Source: Candidatus Kapaibacterium sp. | Lineage (GTDB): Bacteria > Bacteroidota > Ignavibacteria > Kapaibacteriales > Kapaibacteriaceae | Direction: 5' to 3' | Length of the DNA: 64,000 nucleotides | Assembly (NCBI GenBank): GCA_018882895.1 | Contig: VERF01000001.1 | Span: forward strand, 27,286-91,285 | In this document: piece after piece, positions 1 to 8,551 of the stretch | Position numbering within the stretch: the stretch's first letter is position 1 | Layout of the letters: each line of letters starts with the position of its first letter | Position numbers and translations under genes: made by a program | Notes under the pieces: model-generated | What the model was told of the DNA's origin: nothing | The model's database searches: none | What the model saw: only the letters and a program-made list of their open reading frames with translations

Positions 1-205
1 ACTTGTAGGTGACGCTGACTACGGTGGTCGTGAATCAGCCGTTGCAGGTCTTCACACGGCGTATCGGCCGCTGGCCACCAATATGCTCTCGAAAATCCAT
101 AGACAGGCTTTGCACGCGCGTATGTTGGGATTTACCCATCCGGTCACCCGCGAGCGGATGAGCTTTGAAAGTCCACTTCCGTCAGATATGCAGGCGTGCC
201 TCGAT

Positions 206-892
206 CTACTTCGGGACCGGCACGCCCATGCGTCCGCGAATCCACGAGGCCCTGCGTAATGTGTACGCGCTAGGTGCAACAGCACTGAAACGTCTCGGAT
301 TGGGAACAATGGCTGCGAGCCGCGCCGATTGGTCACGCGTCAGATCCTTGGCCTCGACACCGAATGACACCTTCGCCCCCTGACCGATTCCATAGACGCC
401 ATCGCCCCATTCGATCATGTTCAGATATACCTCCAGGATGCGCCGTTTGCCCCAAAGTGCCTCGGTAACATAAACGAAGTACACCTCAAAGGCCTTCCGG
501 ATCATCGACCGCCACGGAACCAGGAATACATTCTTGCAGGTCTGCATGGTGATAGTGCTCGCCCCGAGAGGGGGCTTGCCACGCTTTGCTCGTGAGGCAT
601 TGACGCGCTGAGCACGCTCAACCGAGTTCCAGTCGATACCATTGTGGCGCATGAAACCGGCATCCTCGCCCCCCACGACTCCTCGTGCCACCCATGGCGA
701 TATGTTATCGTACGACGTCCAGCTGTGCCGGATAAGCATCGATCGGCCCGTGAAAGGGGCCTGCACCAGGCGCCATACCATCAGTGGCGTGATCGCCGGC
801 GGGACAATGCGCAGGAGGCCCACAACCATGACGGAGCCAAGCAAAAAGGCTACCGCCGATCGCAAAGTCCAGAGGAAGATATTTTTCAACAT
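206..892 (-). CDS. mtgA: Monofunctional biosynthetic peptidoglycan transglycosylase (GT51). Start placed at internal ATG (892) that begins an N-terminal TM helix; ORF track extends to 1057
   Basis: Translation has the GT51 transglycosylase motif RILEVYLNMIEWGDGVYGI and an N-terminal hydrophobic anchor MLKNIFLWTLRSAVAFLLGSVMVVGLL; stop TAG at 206-208. Confidence 0.8.
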   Translation of the reverse strand: MLKNIFLWTLRSAVAFLLGSVMVVGLLRIVPPAITPLMVWRLVQAPFTGRSMLIRHSWTSYDNISPWVARGVVGGEDAGFMRHNGIDWNSVERAQRVNASRAKRGKPPLGASTITMQTCKNVFLVPWRSMIRKAFEVYFVYVTEALWGKRRILEVYLNMIEWGDGVYGIGQGAKVSFGVEAKDLTRDQSARLAAIVPNPRRFSAVAPSAYTLRRASWIRGRMGVPVPK

Positions 893-926
893 AGGCTGAC
901 CCAGCTTTGAGAAAACCTTACGAACG

Positions 927-953
927 TTAAGTTTGCCGTCGGCAAACTTAACA
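927..953. promoter_or_regulatory. Perfect 27-bp palindrome GTTAAGTTTGCCG-T-CGGCAAACTTAAC in the mtgA/lrp divergent intergenic region; contains a TAAGTTTG -7 box on each strand
   Basis: 13-bp arms around centre T940; plus-strand TAAGTTTG at 929-936 lies 18 nt after TTTG (907-910) and 34 nt before lrp ATG; minus-strand copy at 944-951 faces mtgA. Confidence 0.7.
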
Positions 954-969
954 AACGTATCAATTGGCG

Positions 970-1413
970 ATGAAAGAACTCGACCGAAACATCTGCACTT
1001 TACTCCAAGACAATGCGCGGCTGAGCTTGAGTGAGATCGCCGAGCAGGTGGGAGCATCCGTTCCTACGGTAAGCGAGCATGTACGAAAGCTCGAGCTGGA
1101 GGGGACGATCCGAGAGTACACGGCGCTGCTGCGAGCGTCTGATTTCGGGTATGATGTGACGGCATTCATCTTTGTTGACATGGATTCGAGCGCAAACTAC
1201 GATGGGTTCCGCAGGCAGTGTCGCGCTCGCAAGGAGATCCAGGAATGTCATGCCATTACAGGTGCGTCGTCGCATCTGTTGAAGGTGCGCGTCAGCAATA
1301 CCACTGCGCTGGAGCAGCTGCTCTCGGTGGTGCAGCAGTGGAAGGGCGTGGCCAAGACCACCACCAACGTTGTGCTGAGCACGCACAAGGAATCACCCTC
1401 GATTGTCATCTAA
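970..1413 (+). CDS. lrp: Lrp/AsnC family transcriptional regulator (ORF track start 964 is TTG; ATG at 970 preferred)
   Basis: N-terminal HTH (ELDRNICTLLQDNARLSLSEIAEQVGASVPTVSEHVRKLE) followed by a RAM/AsnC_trans-like C-terminal half; divergent from mtgA. Confidence 0.8.
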   Translation: MKELDRNICTLLQDNARLSLSEIAEQVGASVPTVSEHVRKLELEGTIREYTALLRASDFGYDVTAFIFVDMDSSANYDGFRRQCRARKEIQECHAITGASSHLLKVRVSNTTALEQLLSVVQQWKGVAKTTTNVVLSTHKESPSIVI

Positions 1414-1445
1414 TCACTGAACCAAACAACTGATAGGAACACGAC

Positions 1446-3602
1446 ATGGCTAACAACGTAGACGTTTCGACCGTTGCGCGAAACTGGAGACTGGAAGGGA
1501 TCGATCTACCGACACCATCGGACGTCGTCAATGAGGTCTTTGCAAGCGACGTGCTCACGATGGAGGAACTGCGGCAGCGCCTCAGCAAGCCGGTTTGGAA
1601 GTCACTTGTTGCCACCAGCGAGCGCGGTGCCCGCTTGGATTCGGCCATTGCCGATACCGTTGCGTTAGCAATGAAGACCTGGGCGATGGAGAAGGGGGCG
1701 ACGCACTATACGCACTGGTTCCAGCCGCTGACGGGGCTTACGGCTGAGAAGCACGAGTCGTTCGTGACGCCGACGAGCGACGGCTCGGCCATCTCGCAGT
1801 TCTCAGGCAAGGAATTGATCCAGGGTGAACCGGACGCTTCGTCGTTCCCGAGTGGTGGTCTTCGGGCGACATTCGAAGCGCGCGGCTACACGGCATGGGA
1901 TCCTACCTCACCGGCCTTCATCATGCGCCATTCCAACGGTGCCACGTTGTGCATTCCGACGGCATTCGCTTCGTGGACCGGAGAGGCTCTCGATAACAAG
2001 ACGCCCCTTATGCGCTCAATGGAATGCGTCAATACGGCCGCACTGAGGGCGCTTCGGCTCTTCGGTGATCAGGAGTCGGCACGGGTCGTGGCAACCGTCG
2101 GTGTCGAGCAGGAGTACTTCCTCATTGATGAGGAGTTCTATTTCCGACGTCCGGACCTGGTAATGTCGGGTCGCACGCTCTTCGGCGCGCAGCCGCCAAA
2201 GGGTCAGGAGCTGGAGGATCACTACTTCGGATCGATTCCCGATCGTGTGCTGACCTTTATGACCGACGCCGAGCACCAACTCTATGCACTGGGGATCCCG
2301 GTTAAAACGCGACACAATGAAGTAGCACCCGGGCAGTTTGAGATCGCTCCGATCTTTGAACAGGCAAATATTGCGGCCGACCATCAGCAGCTCCTGATGC
2401 AGGTCTTCAAAAACACAGCCCGCCGATACGGCTTGGTATGCCTTCTGCATGAGAAGCCGTTTTCCGGTGTCAACGGCTCAGGCAAACACGTCAACTGGAG
2501 TATGTCCACAGACGGCGGAAGCAACCTTCTCGAGCCGGGCGACACGCCGCACGACAACATGCAGTTCCTGTTCTTCTGCGCCGCAATGATAAAGGCTGTG
2601 GACGATCATCAGGACCTGCTGCGCACGTGCGTGGCGTCGGCATCGAATGATCACCGACTTGGGGCCAATGAAGCGCCCCCTTCCATCATGTCAATGTTTC
2701 TTGGCGAGCAGCTATCGGAGATATTCGAACGCATCGTCTCGGGCAAGGGCGGGTCATCGAAGAAAGCCGGTCTTCTTGGACTCGGAACGCAGGTGCTTCC
2801 GGCGCTACCTCAGCACGCAGGAGATCGAAACCGCACATCGCCGTTTGCCTTCACGGGCAACAAATTTGAGTTCCGTGCCGTTGGCTCCTCGCAATCGGTA
2901 TCATTCCCGATCACGGTTCTGAACGTCATCGCAGCCGATGCGATCAATGACCTTTCGCAGCGCATCGAAAAGCGCATGAAGAAGGGGCAGTCATTCGAAG
3001 CTGCATTGTCCGAGGTGATCAAGGAGGTTTATTCGTCCCACCAGCGAATTGTCTTCAACGGAGACGGATACTCCGATGATTGGCATCAAGAGGCAGCGCG
3101 AAGGGGGCTCTTGGCCCTTCGTACGTCGCTCGACGCGATCGAGACCCTTGTCAGCCCAAAGAACACGAAGCTGTTCTCCGACAGCAGCGTGCTGACCGAA
3201 AGGGAACTGGCGGCGCGTCAGGAAGTGATGCTCGATCAATATTTCAAGAGCGTCAACATCGAAGGTGAGACCACAGAGTGGATCGCTCAGACACAGATAC
3301 TGCCGAGTGCCATGAGGTCACTGCGTGAAATGACGTCGATCGGCGTCTCACTGCCAGCGATCGATAAGGCCACGGCCGAACTGGCTGGGGTGACCAACGA
3401 GCTGGCACTGGCCATCGCGGCGTTGCGTGCACAGAACCAGGAGCTGGGCGGCGATACCGTTCATAGCAAGGCGCATCACATGCGCGATAACGTGCTGACG
3501 GCAATGCAGCGGGTTCGTAAGGCTGCCGACGTGCTTGAACGACTGACGGCATACGACCATTGGCCGCTGCCGTCCTATCGTGAAATGCTGTTTGTGAAGT
3601 AA
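1446..3602 (+). CDS. glnN: Glutamine synthetase type III
   Basis: 718-aa product typical of GSIII length and motifs ([14 protein letters not shown], catalytic core [10 protein letters not shown]); follows the lrp regulator. Confidence 0.9.
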   Translation: MANNVDVSTVARNWRLEGIDLPTPSDVVNEVFASDVLTMEELRQRLSKPVWKSLVATSERGARLDSAIADTVALAMKTWAMEKGATHYTHWFQPLTGLTAEKHESFVTPTSDGSAISQFSGKELIQGEPDASSFPSGGLRATFEARGYTAWDPTSPAFIMRHSNGATLCIPTAFASWTGEALDNKTPLMRSMECVNTAALRALRLFGDQESARVVATVGVEQEYFLIDEEFYFRRPDLVMSGRTLFGAQPPKGQELEDHYFGSIPDRVLTFMTDAEHQLYALGIPVKTRHNEVAPGQFEIAPIFEQANIAADHQQLLMQVFKNTARRYGLVCLLHEKPFSGVNGSGKHVNWSMSTDGGSNLLEPGDTPHDNMQFLFFCAAMIKAVDDHQDLLRTCVASASNDHRLGANEAPPSIMSMFLGEQLSEIFERIVSGKGGSSKKAGLLGLGTQVLPALPQHAGDRNRTSPFAFTGNKFEFRAVGSSQSVSFPITVLNVIAADAINDLSQRIEKRMKKGQSFEAALSEVIKEVYSSHQRIVFNGDGYSDDWHQEAARRGLLALRTSLDAIETLVSPKNTKLFSDSSVLTERELAARQEVMLDQYFKSVNIEGETTEWIAQTQILPSAMRSLREMTSIGVSLPAIDKATAELAGVTNELALAIAALRAQNQELGGDTVHSKAHHMRDNVLTAMQRVRKAADVLERLTAYDHWPLPSYREMLFVK

Positions 3603-3626
3603 TCCGGACGGTCCGTCAGGGCCAGC

Positions 3627-6086
3627 CTATTTCTTCGTCGATTTCTTGGCCGCGACCTTCTTGGTTGCGGCCTTTTTTGTTGCGGTCTTCTTTGCGGCTG
3701 TCTTCTTGGCAGCTGTCTTCTTGGCAGCTGTCTTCTTGGCGGCTGGCTTGGCCTTCGTTGCAGATTCGGAACTTTCTGCATTGGCCTTTGCGCCCTTCTT
3801 GCCCTTGGCAGGGGGCTCTTGCTGCTGTGCCAGTTGCAGACAGTCCTCAAGAGTCAACGTGGCTGCTTCTGTGCCCTTGGGAATTCGCACATTCTGCTTA
3901 CCGACGGCGATGTAGGGCCCCCAGCGGCCTTTGAGGATCTTCACATTCGGGTCCTGCTCGAAAACCTTGATCGTATTCTCGATGATCTTCTGACGGCGAG
4001 CAAGGATGACTTCGATTCCGCGAGGGCCCACGATCGTGTAAGGATCATCCTCCTTCGGCAACGTGTAGAAGGCCTTGTTGTGTTCGATGTATGGACCGAA
4101 GCGACCGAGCTTGACCTCCATCGGATGATCCTCATACGAGCCGATCACTCGGGGGAACTTGAACAGCTCCAGTGCTTGCTCAAGGGTGATGTTCTCCATC
4201 GTGACGCCACCGGTGAGCCCCTTCTGACGTTTCTGCTCATCGTCGGCATCGCCGATCTGTGCGATCGGTCCATATCGAGCCAGCCGCACATACACATTCT
4301 TTCCCGAGGCAGGGTCGACGCCGAGTAGGCGCTCGCCGCTTTGCCGTTCAGCCGTTTGGCTGGTGCGCACGAGGTCTTTTTCGAAGGGCTCGTAAAACGA
4401 CCGAATCATCTCGGTCCAACGCACCATTCCTTGAGCGATCTCATCGAACTGCTTTTCCACGGTTGCCGTGAAGTTGTAGTCCATGATCTCTTGGAAGTGC
4501 TTGACAAGGAAGTCGGTTACGATCATTCCAATGTCGGTCGGAAACAGCTTCGATCGTTCGGCGCCCGTGTTCTCGAGCTCGACTTTGCGCGCGATGACGT
4601 TGCGCTCCAGAGATAGTTCTCGGATCTCGCGCTGGCGTCCATCGCGGTCTTCCTTGACCACGTAGTTGCGTGCCTGAATGTTTGCAACGGTCGGCGCATA
4701 CGTCGATGGTCGGCCGATACCAAGTTCTTCCAGTTTCTTGACCAGAGACGCTTCGGTATATCGCGAAGGGGGCCGATCGAAACGCTCGCGGGCGAGCATC
4801 CGGATCAGCGCGGGGCGCGCTCCGATGGTCAGAGGCGGGAGCATCTTCGAGGACTCTTCGTCGGATGATTCCTCGTCGGTCGACTCAAGATAAAGTCGCA
4901 GAAAACCATCAAACCGTATTACCTCTCCGGTGGCGATGAGTTCATCGGGGCGCGTCGAGATCGAGATCGTCGCCACGGTCCGCTCGAGTTGCGCCTCGGA
5001 CATTTGCGATGCCAGCGTTCGCTTGTAGATCAGATCATACAGTCGCTGGTGGGCATCCGTGGCACCTGCCGAGCGCAGGGAGAAATCCGTCGGACGTATC
5101 GCTTCGTGAGCTTCCTGAGCCGAAGCGACCTTTGTGATGTAGTTGTGCGGTCGACTGTAGGCCTGACCAAAGGTCGAGACGATCTCCTGGCGAGCCCCCT
5201 CAATGGCAAGCTCGGACAGGTTCACCGAGTCGGTTCGCATATACGAGATATGTCCGGCCTCGTAGAGGTCCTGCGCAAGTCGCATCGTGCGCACCAACGA
5301 GTAGCCAAGCTTGCGGCTGGCCTCCTGCTGCAGGGTGGATGTTGTGAAGGGGGCCGACGGCGATCGCTTGGCGGGCTTGGTCTCGAGATTGCTGACCGTA
5401 AAGTCGGCGCCGACGCATGACTCCAGGAACGCCTGTGCCTCCTGCTCGGTATCGAAGCGCTTCTGAAGCTCGGCCTTGAAGGTCTTACCACCCTCGTTGA
5501 ACTCGGCTGAGATGCGGAACTGACTCTTGACAGTGAATGCCTGGATCTCACGCTCGCGTTCCACCACCAGACGCACCGATACCGACTGAACACGTCCGGC
5601 CGAAAGATTCTTCTGAACCTTACGCCACAGAATAGGGGAAAGACCGTAGCCAACGAGACGGTCAAGCACACGGCGTGCCTGCTGAGCATCGACGAGGTTG
5701 ACGTCGATGCCGCGCGGATTGGCAACTGCCTTCAGGATCGCCGGCTTGGTGATCTCGTGAAAGACGATGCGGCGTGTATGCGCAGCATCAAGCTCCAGCG
5801 CCTCGTACAAGTGCCACGCGATGGCTTCGCCCTCGCGGTCTTCGTCAGATGCCAGCCAGACGAGTTCGGCCTGACGTGCTCGACGCTTGAGTTCCTGGAC
5901 AAGTTTCTTCTTGTCCTCATTGATCTCATAGACAGGCGTGAAGTCATTGGCAATGTCAATGGCCTTGTCATTGCCCGGCAGATCACGGATGTGACCCATG
6001 CAGGAGGTGACCTCGAAGTCTGCTCCGAGGTACTTCTGGATGGTCTTGGCCTTCGAGGGAGATTCTACGATTACAAGGTTTTTCAT
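3627..6086 (-). CDS. topA: DNA topoisomerase I with lysine/alanine-rich (histone H1-like) C-terminal tail; start moved to ATG 6086 (MKNLVIVESPSKAKTIQKYLG)
   Basis: TOPRIM N-terminus MKNLVIVESPSKAK, Topo IA core, C-terminal AAKKTAAKKTAAKKTA repeats; ORF track start 6242 adds an atypical 52-aa extension. Confidence 0.9.
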   Translation of the reverse strand: MKNLVIVESPSKAKTIQKYLGADFEVTSCMGHIRDLPGNDKAIDIANDFTPVYEINEDKKKLVQELKRRARQAELVWLASDEDREGEAIAWHLYEALELDAAHTRRIVFHEITKPAILKAVANPRGIDVNLVDAQQARRVLDRLVGYGLSPILWRKVQKNLSAGRVQSVSVRLVVEREREIQAFTVKSQFRISAEFNEGGKTFKAELQKRFDTEQEAQAFLESCVGADFTVSNLETKPAKRSPSAPFTTSTLQQEASRKLGYSLVRTMRLAQDLYEAGHISYMRTDSVNLSELAIEGARQEIVSTFGQAYSRPHNYITKVASAQEAHEAIRPTDFSLRSAGATDAHQRLYDLIYKRTLASQMSEAQLERTVATISISTRPDELIATGEVIRFDGFLRLYLESTDEESSDEESSKMLPPLTIGARPALIRMLARERFDRPPSRYTEASLVKKLEELGIGRPSTYAPTVANIQARNYVVKEDRDGRQREIRELSLERNVIARKVELENTGAERSKLFPTDIGMIVTDFLVKHFQEIMDYNFTATVEKQFDEIAQGMVRWTEMIRSFYEPFEKDLVRTSQTAERQSGERLLGVDPASGKNVYVRLARYGPIAQIGDADDEQKRQKGLTGGVTMENITLEQALELFKFPRVIGSYEDHPMEVKLGRFGPYIEHNKAFYTLPKEDDPYTIVGPRGIEVILARRQKIIENTIKVFEQDPNVKILKGRWGPYIAVGKQNVRIPKGTEAATLTLEDCLQLAQQQEPPAKGKKGAKANAESSESATKAKPAAKKTAAKKTAAKKTAAKKTATKKAATKKVAAKKSTKK
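3640..3765 (-). repeat. Coding tandem repeat (15-bp period, GCTGTCTTCTTGGCA-like) encoding the AAKKT repeats of the TopA C-terminal tail
   Basis: Direct DNA repeats visible at 3690-3750 (gctgtcttcttggcagctgtcttcttggcagctgtcttcttggcggctggc). Confidence 0.8.
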
Positions 6087-6099
6087 GAGTTTGCTCGCG

Positions 6100-6567
6100 T
6101 TATTCCTGCGTATTGTGCGGGCAGGACAGCGGATCGTGACATGTGGCAAAAATTTGGAGCGAATGTGCCATCGGTCTGAACCCAAGCCGCTCCGATACGC
6201 CATTACGGATCTCATCGATTCGCTCTTCTCGGAACTCCTCAATGCGGCCGCACTCTACGCAGATCAGGTGATCATGATCAGGCATCCTGCTGGCAAGCTC
6301 AAAGTGCGCACTGCCACCCTGAAACCTGTGCTTCATGAGAATGCCGCACGTGGTCAGAAGATCAAGCGTCGAGTAGATCGTAGCTCTCGAAATCCTGTCG
6401 CCACGCCCGTTCATGTAAAGGTACAGATCGTCGGCGTTGAAATGACGGTCAAGTTCGCTTATGCGATCGATAACATTGAAGCGTTCCTGAGTGCCTCGGT
6501 ACTTCTTTCGCTTGAGGAACTCTGCGAATTGCTTCTTGAGAGATTCGTTGTCGTTTGAAACAGTCAT
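6100..6567 (-). CDS. Fur family transcriptional regulator (Fur/Zur/PerR-like); start at internal ATG 6567
   Basis: MTVSNDNESLKKQFAEFLKRKKYRGTQERFNVIDRI ... HDHLICVECGRIEEF: winged-helix plus HxHLxCxxCG metal-site typical of the Fur family; the 103-aa S/R-rich N-terminal extension in the ORF track is unlikely. Confidence 0.8.
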   Translation of the reverse strand: MTVSNDNESLKKQFAEFLKRKKYRGTQERFNVIDRISELDRHFNADDLYLYMNGRGDRISRATIYSTLDLLTTCGILMKHRFQGGSAHFELASRMPDHDHLICVECGRIEEFREERIDEIRNGVSERLGFRPMAHSLQIFATCHDPLSCPHNTQE

Positions 6568-6572
6568 CGGCA

Positions 6573-6596
6573 CAAATATACTTGTGCGTAGTTTTG
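6573..6596. promoter_or_regulatory. Back-to-back divergent -7 boxes: TATATTTG (minus, 6573-6580) 5 nt upstream of fur ATG, and TAGTTTTG (plus, 6589-6596) 35 nt upstream of speA ATG
   Basis: Both match TAnnTTTG; intervening CACAA-N6-TTGTG inverted repeat (6571-6588). Confidence 0.5.
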
Positions 6597-6631
6597 CGCT
6601 TCGATTTTCCACGAATACGTGAAAAGGGCCT

Positions 6632-8527
6632 ATGCGCAAATGGCGCGTTGAGGACTCCCTCGAGGTGTACAACGTCCCCGGTTGGGGTATCGGGTACTTT
6701 GGTATCAATTCCAAGGGACATGTCGTGGCTGCGCCACGCAAGTCCAAGGGGCCCCAGATCGATCTCAAAGAGCTGGTCGACGAGCTCTTGCTGCGCGACG
6801 TCAGTTCGCCGGTATTGCTGCGGTTCCCGGACATTCTCGATGACCGCATCGAGAAGATTTCGGACTGCTTTGCCAAGGCCGCAGCCGAATACGACTACAC
6901 CGGCACCTACTACAGCGTCTACCCGATCAAGGTCAATCAGCAGCGCCCGGTCGTTGAGGAGCTTGTCCGTCATGGAAAGCGTTTCAATATCGGACTTGAA
7001 GCCGGCTCCAAGCCGGAACTCCACGCCGTGCTTGCCATCATGGACAATAGTGAGGCGCTGATCGTCTGCAACGGCTACAAGGACGAAGAGTTCATCGAGC
7101 TGGCTTTGCTTGCTCAGAAGATGGGTAAGCGCATCTTCCTTGTCGTTGAAAAGCTCAATGAATTGCGATTGATCAACGACGTGGCCAAGCGCGTAGGCGT
7201 CCGCCCGAACGTCGGTATCCGCATCAAGCTCGCCTCCAGTGGCAGCGGGAAGTGGGAAGAGTCAGGGGGCGACCAATCCAAGTTCGGTCTCAATGCTTCA
7301 GAACTTCTGGAAGCCGTCGAGTTCGCCCGGACCAATGACATGCTTGATTGCATCAAGCTGATCCACTTCCATCTCGGATCACAGATCACCAACATCCGAA
7401 AGATCAAGCAGGGACTCAGCGAGGTCGCCCAGTATTATGTCCAGCTCATGGCCATGGGCTGCCAGATCGAGTTCGTTGACATAGGCGGCGGGTTGGGAGT
7501 TGACTATGACGGTACCCGCAGCAGCGTTGCCTCGAGCATCAATTACTCGATCCAGGAGTACGCCAATGATGCCATCAGTGCTCTGACGCATGCTGCCGGC
7601 AAGGCTTCACTGCCACATCCGCACATCATCACCGAGTCCGGACGAGCACTGACAGCTCACCACTCGGTGCTTGTGTTCAATGTTCTCGAAACGGCAAGTG
7701 TGCCGACGTGGGGTTCCAAGGATCGCGTCTCGAAAAAGGACCACGAATTGGTTCGTGAACTTCATGAGATCATGTCCTCGCTCAACAGCCGCACCATGCT
7801 CGAGGCGTGGCACGATGCTCAGCAGCTGCGTGAAGAGACACTTGACAGGTTCTCGCTCGGCCTGATCGATATTCGGACGCGCGCGCAGGTGGAGCGACTC
7901 TACTGGACCATTGCTCATCGAATCTCTGAGATGGTTGTTGAGCTGAAGGTCGTTCCCGAAGAGCTGCGCTCTCTGCCGAAACTTCTTGCCGATAAGTACT
8001 TCTGCAACTTTTCCCTGTTTCAGTCATTACCGGACTCGTGGGCGATCGATCAGCTGTTCCCGATCATGCCGATCCACCGCCTTCAGGAGCGTCCCACACG
8101 AATGGCTACGCTGCAGGATATCACGTGCGATTCGGACGGCAAGGTGGATCATTTCATCGGATCGCGTGATTATACGTCGCTTCTGCCTGTGCACCCGCTT
8201 ATCGAAGGCTCCGAGTACTATCTGGCAGTCTTCCTCGTCGGTGCCTATCAGGAGATCCTTGGCGACTTGCACAATCTGTTTGGCGATACAAATGCTGTGC
8301 ACGTGACGGTGCGCAATGACGGTTACGAGATCGATCAGATCATCCACGGCGAAACGGTCGCCGACGTCCTCGATTACGTGCAGTTTGACGCAAAGAAACT
8401 CGTTCGTACCATGGAAGCGTGGGTGAGCGCTTCGGTCAAGGCTCGCAAGATCAGTGTTCAGGAAGGCAAGGAGTTCCTGGCGATCTATCGGTCGGGTCTG
8501 TACGGTTACACCTATCTTGAAGATTAG
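6632..8527 (+). CDS. speA: Biosynthetic arginine decarboxylase
   Basis: 631 aa, N-terminus MRKWRVEDSLEVYNVPGWGIGYFGINSKGHV and PLP-dependent fold motifs typical of SpeA. Confidence 0.9.
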   Translation: MRKWRVEDSLEVYNVPGWGIGYFGINSKGHVVAAPRKSKGPQIDLKELVDELLLRDVSSPVLLRFPDILDDRIEKISDCFAKAAAEYDYTGTYYSVYPIKVNQQRPVVEELVRHGKRFNIGLEAGSKPELHAVLAIMDNSEALIVCNGYKDEEFIELALLAQKMGKRIFLVVEKLNELRLINDVAKRVGVRPNVGIRIKLASSGSGKWEESGGDQSKFGLNASELLEAVEFARTNDMLDCIKLIHFHLGSQITNIRKIKQGLSEVAQYYVQLMAMGCQIEFVDIGGGLGVDYDGTRSSVASSINYSIQEYANDAISALTHAAGKASLPHPHIITESGRALTAHHSVLVFNVLETASVPTWGSKDRVSKKDHELVRELHEIMSSLNSRTMLEAWHDAQQLREETLDRFSLGLIDIRTRAQVERLYWTIAHRISEMVVELKVVPEELRSLPKLLADKYFCNFSLFQSLPDSWAIDQLFPIMPIHRLQERPTRMATLQDITCDSDGKVDHFIGSRDYTSLLPVHPLIEGSEYYLAVFLVGAYQEILGDLHNLFGDTNAVHVTVRNDGYEIDQIIHGETVADVLDYVQFDAKKLVRTMEAWVSASVKARKISVQEGKEFLAIYRSGLYGYTYLED

Positions 8528-8551
8528 ACAACAAACTGGCAACGGAATCCC

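Noticed and set aside
52-383. ORFs 52..336 (-) and 165..383 (+) at the left edge
   Set aside because: Both overlap the well-supported mtgA 3' end in other frames and have no recognisable motifs. The first 205 bp show no tRNA-like or coding signal I can support.
3603-3626. Possible bidirectional terminator hairpin (CCGGACGGTCCGTCAGG) between convergent glnN and topA
   Set aside because: The apparent inverted repeat leaves no loop (GACGG-T-CCGTC) and has no flanking T/A run; too weak to call.
3646-3934. Plus-strand ORFs (89 aa each) rich in AVFL/SSWQL repeats
   Set aside because: Antisense translation of the topA AKK-repeat tail; low-complexity artefact.
6087-6242. N-terminal extensions in the ORF track for topA (52 aa), fur (103 aa), BNR protein (44 aa), E1 fusion (46 aa), TPR protein (30 aa), rrf2, gmk, yicC, punA, trhO and others
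   Set aside because: The extensions are low-complexity, overlap upstream genes and precede conserved N-terminal motifs or signal peptides. Internal ATGs giving canonical N-termini were preferred.
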